The translations under genes and the position numbers were made by a program. This document shows positions 54,160-64,000 of a stretch of 64,000 nucleotides of DNA, piece after piece. Position 1 is the stretch's first letter. Each line of letters opens with the position of its first letter. The notes beneath the pieces were generated by a model. That model was not told the origin of the DNA. It searched no databases and saw nothing but the letters and a program-made list of their open reading frames with translations. The stretch is from Chrysemys picta bellii (lineage: Eukaryota): contig NC_088814.1 in assembly GCF_011386835.1 (NCBI RefSeq), forward strand, positions 434,001-498,000, read 5' to 3'.

Positions 54160-57100
54160 CTATGAAGCCCAGGGGAATTTGCTGGGGATTATTATTCTCA
54201 CTGAGAAATTCAAACCTCTATCCGCTTCTCTCTGGCTCTTAGATCCCTGTAATCCTTAATGAGATCCCAGTTGCAAGCTGCAGAAATCAATAAGCATCTT
54301 CTTTGTTTTGTTGAGCTTTGAAGAAGGAAGGGTGATTTCCCATTAGAACTCACTGATGAGTCCATTTGTATGGATGTCTGTGCAGCAGCCCAGGGTCAGG
54401 GGATGTTGTTGCGAGTGCGGGGGGGACGGGACTGAGGGGTATGTTCTGATTTGTCAGTGATAGAGAACAAGAAAAGGCCACATTTATTCCCCATCTGCAG
54501 GCTCGCACTCGGCACTGATACATGCAGCCTAATCGGTTTGCCAAGATACAGGCAAGCAGGAGACTTGCCATGGGCTGCTACTGCTTATCCTAGTATCTGA
54601 CATCAGGCTATCTCTAAATTGAAGTCTGCTCTTGATAACAAGCCATCCTGTATGCGTCACACCACAAGGAGAAAAGGAGAATTTCAGCACAAAAGATGTC
54701 AGAGTCTCTTGAAACTGCTTGTTTAAAAGTGATCTCTTTGAAAGCGCAGGACATCTGCAAAGGACACCACGGGCCTTAGAGCTGGACTGACCTTCAGAAA
54801 GGGGTGTGTCAGTGGCACATTGTAAAGGTTCACAGAGCACCCTCAGTTTCTATAGCCACCTCCTCTCAGGCACAAGACAATGGGGAAATAATGGGTTATT
54901 CTTGCTCATCCTTGCCCAGGACTCACTATCATTTTATCATTCCAGAGCTTGACTTTTTAGAAACAGCTGCTAGCTGGAAACATTTCTGGTTTAATCAATA
55001 GACTAGGGATCCTGTTAAGTAGAGAAACTGTCCTTTGCAGCCAGAGATCTGGAATGTTTCTTCGGGGAAGGACAACACAGAGGTAAGGTCTGGTTTAAGG
55101 AAATGCAAAAGAAGAAGAGTGATTTTACAACAGCACTAAAAATACAAGCTCCATCATTCTCTGAGGAGGCCAGATGTGCCAGCAGTGTTTATCTGCAATC
55201 AAGGGCTATTCACTTATCACCTCTCTCATGCAAATTATTCATCAGCATCAGTGTAGCTATTCAGCCCTTGAATTGATGGCATTGACACAAGGAAACTGTG
55301 ATAGCTCTGAACACAAAAACAAACCCTAAAATGCAATAGAAACTGTCCTTTTTATGGATGGTCATGGTCTGCACCTACCGCTGCATTTGCTAGGGAGCCA
55401 TGGCAGACATGCTGGGCAAGCTACAGGTATTCATTCTCAGCCCCAATATCCGCTCACACATTTTTCTGGAGGGAGAGTAATATTAACAATGTACTGGATA
55501 GCTGTGCGTGTGTGTCTCTATATAATCCCTGAGCTGTGCTGCTGGGAGCCAGATCCTAAATGCTGCTGTCTCTGACATCCATGTTCCCAGTCCCAGCTGT
55601 TAGAACTATACTTAACAATGGTTTCCCAAAACATTCGTTGTTAGCTAGGTTTCCCTTCCCTGTATTTGGAATTCTATTGCAGACAGCAGAGCTAGCAGAA
55701 CTTGCCTATAAACTACCTGCACAGACTAGCCTATAGCTCATCTTCTGTACACGTCTTTTAAACATTATTTGTAACTGTACTGGATATGGATGCAAACTAC
55801 AAAAACAGCATCAAATGCACTGACAAGCCCTAGTTAGGCAGGGTCCTGGGCACACTGCTCTCAGCTGTAGTGCAATCGTGGGAACTCCGCAGTTTCCTCA
55901 GGGCTGTGAACCCAGGGGTGGGTCATGAGGGAGTGCACAGGGCACATCCTAAATGGCTGGGATGGAAAGCAGAATGAGACAGAAGAATCCTTTGCCATTC
56001 AGAAAAGGGCACTAACGGGGCTCGGGCACCTCATTACCATCAAGTCTGTATTTTAGCACTATTAAGTTGCGTTCTAGAACAGAGACAGGGAACAAGAAAG
56101 TCACTGGCGACGAATACTCTGCAAGAGACAACAATTGTACAGACCGCTGCCCCTCTCCCCCGCATACACAGATACCAGCAATTTAGTGCTCAAGAATGTT
56201 CAGTTACTAATTACTAGCCCTCCATTTTTTCAGGTAGCGCAGTAATTAGATAGAAATCTGCCCATTAAATGCAACCAGAGGAAGGATTTTGGCTACATAG
56301 TGCTTACATAGTGTGTGTCTCCAAGAGTCTGGAGGAAGAACTTCGTTCTGCCTCAACTGCTTCCTTGGGATAGGTAACAAAATCACCCACCAAATCTGGA
56401 CAAGGCAAGTCCGTGCTCAGCCGCCCTCCCAGAACCGGTGCACATATAACTGCAACCAACGGACTTGCTCTTACCACAGGGCGTCTGGGAGAAGATACTT
56501 TTGGCCTCGCTGTGGGGGAGAAGGAAGAGGGGGAAGGGTGTTCTTGGAGGGTAAACCAGGAGCTTATAAGACATGACATACTCAAAGCAGTCGAAAAGTT
56601 CAGGATAGTGAACAGCCAGAACTTACAATAGTCTCCCCCAAGGGCAGGCGGGGCCAACAACAGAGATATCCAGGCACAGGCCAGATAAAACCCTCAGCTT
56701 CATGAATATTCCAGAGCCACAAGCCTCCAGACAACAGGGGGAGGACTGGGTGACCTGTCAGCCCTTTCCTACCTCTGATTCTGTGATTAAACCCACTTCC
56801 CAATGAGCTCAGCCCAGGAGAAGAAACCAATTGCGTCATTTCACCATCTGGACTATAATCACTCCCCATCAGCACCAAATGATGGGTTTGTGACACGCAA
56901 CAGACCCTCCCTCGACACCTGGGATTCAATCCAGTGAATTAGCTAAATCGGCTGAAGTCTGGGTATTTACTGCAATTGAAATAACATAAAAGCTTTCCAC
57001 ACTTAACATCTTCTCAAATGCATTACGTTTAATTTGCAAGGAATAAATGTGACAGAGTATTTAGCAGAAGCCCAGACAAAAGTTTGCCTCTGTATAACTT

Positions 57101-60100
57101 GAGGTTGCTGCCCTGCAGCGTAGGTTCGGAGGTGCGGGGAATGTGGAAGATGCTTGTTTCCCGCAATGCCATGTTCAGTTCTGAATTCAGAGGTCCAAGC
57201 TCTGTAATGTTTCAATCTGCAATAGGGTTTTCCACCAGTTGAAACACCAACACCTCAAAACATTACAGTTCTCCAAGCAATAATAAATATTTACCATCAG
57301 GAATGCAAGGCCTCCTCTGTTGCGATATCTGCATTTTATTCTGTGGTATCATGCCCTATATTTATTGTTACAATTTTTCCACACAATAAGTATATTTAAT
57401 TTGTAATATGTCCTAGGGATTGCAGTAGGAGGAGATAGAGTTTAGGAGAGTATTGTTGGTATGCAGTTTAACTCTTTCCCTTCTCTCTACCATTTGCACC
57501 ACACAGAAAATGCAGTTTTCTTTAATGGGGAATAATTTATTGGAATTCTCAGCCCAAAAATGTTTTAGCAAATCCTGCTCTTTAGTGAGTTGCTCTTATT
57601 ACTGATTGATCCGATTGGCTCCTGGCACACAGCAAAAATCTCATCCCTCCCATGTAGGTATTCACTAAGGCTAGGATCTTGAGTCTGAGCCAAGTAGCAG
57701 GCAGGGTGCTTGAAGGGGTCCTAAGAGAACTATACGGACCCGCCTCTTTACTCTGTTACCTCCAGTCAAAAGGAAAAAGGGGTTTGTTTCAGTGCTTGGC
57801 CCTGGCAGACAATAACCGGGTTCAGTTCGGCTGCATAGGAACAACATTGCTGCCCTGGGCATGATGCAATTCTGCCCGCTGCGAGTTTCAAGGATACTTT
57901 GCAGGGACATTTGCTTATTGAGAGAACCTCTTCCAATGGCACCGGGAAATCAGCTCAAGCCCATGAAAGGACCCGGCGCATGTGACAGGGCTGCTCTCCT
58001 CCAAGAGTGGCCAACTCCTCTACGCTCTGAGAAGAAACTTGTCAAAGCCAGTGTAATGTGACCAAGTTCCAAGGGCAGCAAGACAGGGTTGTGAAGGCAA
58101 AGATGGAGGTTTGACGTGGCCTCAGATGCCGTGGGGTTCTTGCAGTTCAGCAGTTCCTTCAGGTTGTGTATGAATGAAAGGAAGCTTCGAGTTACAGAAA
58201 GTGCTGGAGACGGAAGGGCTGGAGGTGGAGTCTTTAGATGTTTCTCATGCCGGATCCTTTGATCTTATTTCTTCAAACATTCCAAAGACACAAACAGTTT
58301 AACCCAGAGCACCTCCTGACTCACATTCTGCCCACATGCTCTATGCTTTCCAGACCGCCCTAGAGCACATGCTTCACTCCTGAGCCTACACGCAGACCAG
58401 GGCACTCCCCCATGCTTAAAGTGACAGCTTCCAATTCCAACACAGTCCTCAAAACTCCACACTGGTCAAAGGGGGATGAGGAACAAAAAACTGTCTTGCA
58501 GGCCTGCCCCAAAAGGCCAAGACCAGCCATCATGTGACATACTGACATGACAGACAGGCATCAAGGGGTAATTGAAGGAGCTGCCAGAAACATCCCCTGC
58601 TCCTTTATTACAGGCACCACTGGCAGTGTCTCCTAGAGCAAGGCCGCCTCTCACTTCCCATCGCAAGACTCCATTTTCAGTTGCTTATAATTTGGCCAAA
58701 CTTAAACTGTTCAAGGCTGAGATTTTCTGTGCCGTGTGCCTGCCCCAGGTTGAAAATGTGTGAAAAGATTCAGCTAAAACAGTTCAGCTGTTTCTGAGAG
58801 AAGGTTAGTGAAAAATACATTGTTTTGCCCATATTAAAAAACCCTTACAATCATTTTGTTGAGACGCTCCAGCATCCCCAGGCGTTGCAGGAAGGACTTG
58901 GAATTTGGCCGGGTGATTGCCACGGTGTCAGGGATGTGCCTTTTGCCATCCCTGTGAACATCTGCCCAAATGTGGCCAAGTTATAAGTCTTTGAAAAATG
59001 CACATGCTCAGTAGAGGTTTATTGAGAGCTGACAGCATTATTCACCTAAGATCCTCTCTCCACTAAGCATGCTCCGTCACCTCACAGCTCCTAGTCACCC
59101 TCACAACAAAGCAACTGGGAATGCTGCATCCCAGCGCTTCAAGGGATGAGCAGGACTTCCCTTGCAATCACCTGAGTCCTTGGATAGGAACCCAGGCAAA
59201 TCTTAATGCTCCTTTAACAAAGTGTTACCAGATGTAATTTAAGTAACACCATACACCGTAAATGTGCTGGTCTGGGAGGACTCCAAACAGCACAATCCAG
59301 GCCTGCTTTTAAATTCACAGACCCACAATCTAAACTACAAAGCTTGGGGAGAAGACGCTGTATGGCACCAGCAGGCCTGTGTTCACGCCTCTTTGCCACG
59401 CCTGATATATTTGGGTTGTCAGACAGGGACACAGCAATTTGCATAAGCAGCCACTGGTGTGTTGTGGTCTCTGAGGAAGGTTTAGGGGCTTCTGAGCTAA
59501 TGGTTGGCACAGAATGCGCAGTTCCTTACGCCTCACATAAATCTGACAGCTTTAATTGAAACCTGTCACACTGCTGAAGGCCTGCTGCAAATTGCATTCA
59601 TCAACAAATTACAGCAATTAAAATAAGGGACTCCAGATGAATGCGGGTGGCGAGTCCGGCACACGGCAGCCATTTATTAGTAATTAAGCCTTAGCAAACA
59701 GAAAAAATCAGAGGCATCAGTCTGCCAGCATATGTGACAAGCTAGAAAGGAAGCGCCTGCCACTGGGCTGCTAAGTACAGAGACAATGGGGAGCGTAGAC
59801 AGTGAAATTGCTGGTCAGTGAGGGTCCAGGAGCACCAGGCAGACTGGTATTCATAAGTGACCTCCGAAGGCCTGGCCCTTGTGACAGGAGTGGAAATCAG
59901 ATGGCCCGCAGAGGTAAGGATGCACTAAGTCATGAGCCAGATGAATTGATTGGTCCCTGAGTTCAGTGACCAGAAGCGGAGCAGAGCACCTGAATTCCTT
60001 GGAACTTGCTGCATGGTGCAGAACCCTGGCCAGGAATAAAGAGAGACCGAGGGGCAGCGTCTCTGAGGAGGAGGGATCCAGGTGCATGTGCCAGTTTGGC

Positions 60101-60449
60101 TGCATCAGCTCTTCTATTTTGTGGAAGTTACTCTGTAGCAGCAGCTATCATTGCAAGATCAACCAGGGCTGAGGTTTGTTAACTCTCGGGAGACCACAGG
60201 GCAGGGGCTGGGCTCAGAAAGGGGACTTCCTGGGAGCAGTTAGTGCTTAGTTTAACAAAATTCTTATTTGCAGATAGCCTCAGAGTGGTTCCTTTCCAAG
60301 CTAGCCACCTCAGATCCCCAAGGAGCACAGAGCCCCCTGGCTGGGGCACAAATCTGTGAATTTCAATCCATCTTGATGCTTATCTGTCCCCCCTCGCCAC
60401 AGTTATAAAAGCCTGTCACAAACATTATTGAATTTATCCCACCAACCAC

Positions 60450-60590
60450 AGCAAGGTAGGTAACTACTGTTAACTCACTTTACTGTGAGTGTAAGCGACT
60501 GGCCCAATGTCACATAGGGCGACTTTAGGAGAGTAGGGAACTGAGCCCAGATCACCTGAGTCCCAGCCCAGTGCCCTAAGCACAAGTCCA
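60450..60590 (-). mobile_element. MIR SINE fragment
   Basis: GACTGGCCCAATGTCACATAG...GAGCCCAGATCACCTGAGTCCCAGCCCAGTGCCCTAAGCACAAG. Confidence 0.6.
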
Positions 60591-63500
60591 GCCTTCTCCC
60601 CTTCCCTCTAACATCAAAACGTTTCTCAGCCACGAAGCTCTGGACTCCATTGAAACTATGAGTGACACCTGAAAGCAGAGCGCGTTGTGGAGCCAGCTCT
60701 CTTGTCCCCGATAAGGGGCATTCTCAGCATTCAGTTTCCTCTCCTACTCTGCACCAGGAGGCATCTGTGCGTTTCACAATCAGGAAGCCACCGGAGGTGC
60801 GATTCCTCCGTCTGTCCTGCCCAAAGGAGATTTATGCCTCAGATATTAACAGCCAAGCGAGACCCTGCTCAAATGGGCCCTTCTCAGGCGGAGGTCTCCA
60901 CATGAGGTGAATAACAGAAATCCTTCCAGATGGAGCCATGCGGTCTTGTCCTGTGAGGGACAGCCTAGCCGTACCAGGAAAGCACTTGGTAACGAGGCAG
61001 GCCCTGCTCAGAGACAAAATTCCAGTCAGGTTCTAGGACGCAGAATTCTGCAAAAATTATTGTGGGAAAACGCAAAAAAAACCATCGGTTTAGTCAGTTT
61101 GCTGTGACTGGTGTCTCATGTTGGCTGCATGAGGGGATGGAGTTTGCATTGTGCTTGGAGCACCACTCATGCACAGACAGATGCATATGCATGGACATGC
61201 ACTGCTGCGTGGCAAAGAAAGCCATGGTCACATGCATGCACGGACACAACACACATGAACATCTGCATGCTGAGCAGGACAGTAAGTTCTGCATATTCAT
61301 AAAGAACTCCTGTTTCCTGCTGTGAAGTTGCAGAAACTAATCTGGTGCCATTGGAAGCTGCCCCAAGGGATTTCCATGAGGGATAGTAAGGCTGGTGGTT
61401 TGCCCAGACAGCAGCCACTAAAAAGATGTATTTGCAAGAGTGACGAGCAAGAGTTTCAACTGGAGAGACATGGGGCCCTATCATGGGACATTAAAACTCG
61501 CTGGAGAGTTGGAGGCAAAGGGGGGCCATTCAGCACATGGACCAGAGTTCAATTATGCAAATTCTAACCTATGATTAAACTTGCACTACAGAATAAATTG
61601 AATGTTATTGTGTTGTGTGTCCGACCAGGTTTATTGTTCCTAAACTAAACAGCCATTAACGCAGCTTTTAAAAGGCTCCCAGTATAATAAGGCACTAACA
61701 CAGAACACAACAGTAGCGCTGGGAAACACTTTCCTCCTGTTTATGAAACAGTGACTAGATGCCTGCATGGTGTCTGACAAATGCGTGTGAGGCCCATGAA
61801 GAGAGCAGTGGTGGTAAATGGCTGGCAGAGACCCTTCTGACAAGCTGCTGGCACGGATGTTAGCTGAGATGGGGCTATTGTTAGTATGCGGTCCGGGCAC
61901 GTTTACGGCAGGGATTGAGTGATCAGCAGGCGCTAAGCGTACCATAACTCAGCTCATGTAAACGCCAGCGTGGAAAGCAAAGCTGCCAAATAAGGAGGCA
62001 GAACAAGGAGATTGAGTTCACTGTCCTGGCTCTTCCCCTCCTTATGACTAACTCATGTTTTGAGTGCTTACCTCACTGTCCAGGGAACCTTAGCAGGAGG
62101 GCTGAGCTGAATGCAGAGACTTCCGAACAGTTAGGGGCTCCCAGCCTGATAGAGGGGAGGCTCCTTGCTGCCAGGAGCAGCACCACCTAGGCCAGGAAAT
62201 TCTGAGAGCCAGTATAGACCACCCCCAAGCAGAGCTCAGAAGGGAAGGGCCTAGCCGAATGGGATTCTTGAATGGAACCTGGGGGCTCATAGATCTCAGA
62301 ACAGCCTCCTGCTGGCTTTTAGCTAGAGGTGAAGTGAGAGGTGGATTGGCATCAGTGCTCAGTGAGGTGCACGGTGGTCACACCTGGGGCGTTGTGTGGC
62401 GTCCAGCAGACAGTGCAGGGTGAACATGCCCCTCCATGCTACAGGGCGCAGCGCGGGAGCGGCACAGAGCGAATGCACCGGCCATGCTACCGGGCACAAC
62501 ACAGGGCAAACACATTCTCCAGGACACAGGGTGCAGATCTTTCCCTCCCACAGCCCAGGTGACAAGGAAGAGGAGAGTTCTGGGGAAAAGAAAGGCGGGG
62601 ATTCCCAGACAAGCCACCGGCCTGAGGAAGAGCTGGGAGAACAGCCCTGAGCACCCTGGCAAATTGTTTTCCCGAAACAAAGGCAGCTGGGAAGTACCTG
62701 GCAACAGCTCATGGTGAAACCATTTGAAATCCCTGGTTCCAGGCAGCGTTGACTCCTCCCCGTCATGGTTCCACACAGCTCCACCCATCCAGTGCCTCTG
62801 CACTCAGCCTTTCGCGGCTGATTGCGCCTTGCTCTCCTCCATGCTCTCTGCACCTTCCCTTGTGCTGGGGTAACCATCCGCCTCGTGTATTCCCTGCATT
62901 CTAGGGCCAATTGGGGGTGAACGCCTCCACCCCCACCCCACATCAGTTATAGCAGACTTGGGGTTGCTCTAGCTTGTCACTGCTTCCCGGATCCAGCAGC
63001 GCTATGCCAGCAAGGGATGTTCCCTGCAGACCGTTTCCAGTCCCTGATGCTGCAAAGGCGGCACAAAGAGGCTGCAGCACAGGGGAGGATCCCCTCTATG
63101 GCACAAAGCCCCTCCATGACTCTCATTCCATGTTTGCTCCCTGGGTTAATTCTAAGGGAACAGCCCTGAGTAGCTGGAATCCCATAAACTAGGGTGAAGC
63201 CCATTACATGCCAGGCTCAGCCAGTGGAAATTGCTTCTCCTACCCCGGGCTTCTCATTCAGCATTCTCTGATAGGGCAATGAGCCCATGGAGTGGAGGTC
63301 TGCTGGCTGCCTCCAGCCATACCCCAGGACTGCAGAGGGGCTCTATAGCTAAGCCCTTGCAAGCAGGATTCAGCACTAATCTCTGACACCTGCCTGGTGG
63401 CCTCTTGCAATCACTTATCCTGGTCACATGAGCGTTTCCATCTGATAAGGAGGCTGCAATTTATTTACTAACAAGGAAATGGAGGAATTTTGCCTTGAAG

Positions 63501-63844
63501 GAATTCCATAATCTGGAGACAGCTTGTGTCTGGCTGGTGATAGCAAGTGCATTCCTGCAGCCTGCACAGACACCCTGCAGGCCTGGGGGTTAGCTAGACA
63601 GAGCTGGCTTGGTGGGGAAGAGGGGGAAGCCTTCCATGGGCTCTCATGGGGAAGGGGCTTAATGCTTTGTACCCTGTCAAAAAGGCCCCAGCCCCCAGTG
63701 GTGCTCCAGCCTGGGCTGTCCTTGGCCAAGTCTGAGTAACACAAGAATTGACGTGGAATCAAATAAATGGGGAGGCAGCCCTGGGGAGGTGTCATTTGTG
63801 TCTGTCGCCCCAGAGCCATTTCTCAGCTGGGTACATGTATCAAG

Positions 63845-63866
63845 CCACTAGAGCGCCCCCTGCTGA
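63845..63866 (-). promoter_or_regulatory. Candidate CTCF site
   Basis: Minus strand TCAGCAGGGGGCGCTCTAGTGG closely matches the CTCF core CC(A/G)(C/G)(C/T)AG(A/G)(G/T)GGC(G/A)C, with one mismatch at the first C. Confidence 0.6.
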
Positions 63867-64000
63867 CAGCACTGGCATTTGGAGCCAGCAGCAGGGATTA
63901 CGGGCACAGCATCCTGAGGAGGAGAAGAGCCATAAAGCCACATTGGTTAGAAACCATTCAGCTCTGAGCTGTCTGTGTCTGGCTTTACACGGCAAGGAGT

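Noticed and set aside
62359-62943. Longest non-TE ORF in the desert (194 aa) and overlapping ORFs
   Set aside because: Low-complexity GC-rich reading in several frames with no protein-family resemblance.
17700-64000. ARL4D, U2 snRNA or other human-syntenic genes upstream of DHX8
   Set aside because: No ~200-aa ARF-family ORF (GLDSAGKT / WDVGGQ) in the ORF track, and I saw no U2 5' sequence on either strand.

Overview
This is vertebrate genomic DNA, almost certainly from a turtle: it carries a full-length tortoise polIII/SINE, PsCR1-like LINEs and reptilian Penelope-like elements. The only protein-coding gene I can support is DHX8 (PRP22 orthologue, spliceosomal DEAH-box helicase) on the minus strand. 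I reconstructed all 23 coding exons (17026 to 537). All 22 introns are GT-AG, the phases are consistent, and the CDS is 3585 nt (1194 aa plus stop). A CpG-island promoter at about 16600-17330 is flanked by a C/G-run minisatellite. The remaining 47 kb or so (17.7-64 kb) has no recognisable coding gene. It contains CR1, L2 and MIR retroelements, hAT and Harbinger MITEs (three with 8-bp target-site duplications), probable solo LTRs, an LF-SINE relic, and several motif-dense blocks that look like developmental enhancers. I found no new protein-coding system. The best candidates for a second look are: (i) Penelope-derived elements with decayed hammerhead-ribozyme motifs, one a self-inverted insertion with a perfect 12-bp flanking duplication; (ii) the promoter-proximal minisatellite; (iii) candidate conserved enhancers, the LF-SINE and a CTCF site in the gene desert. 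Repeat-family names come from my recollection of consensus sequences and need Dfam/Repbase confirmation.
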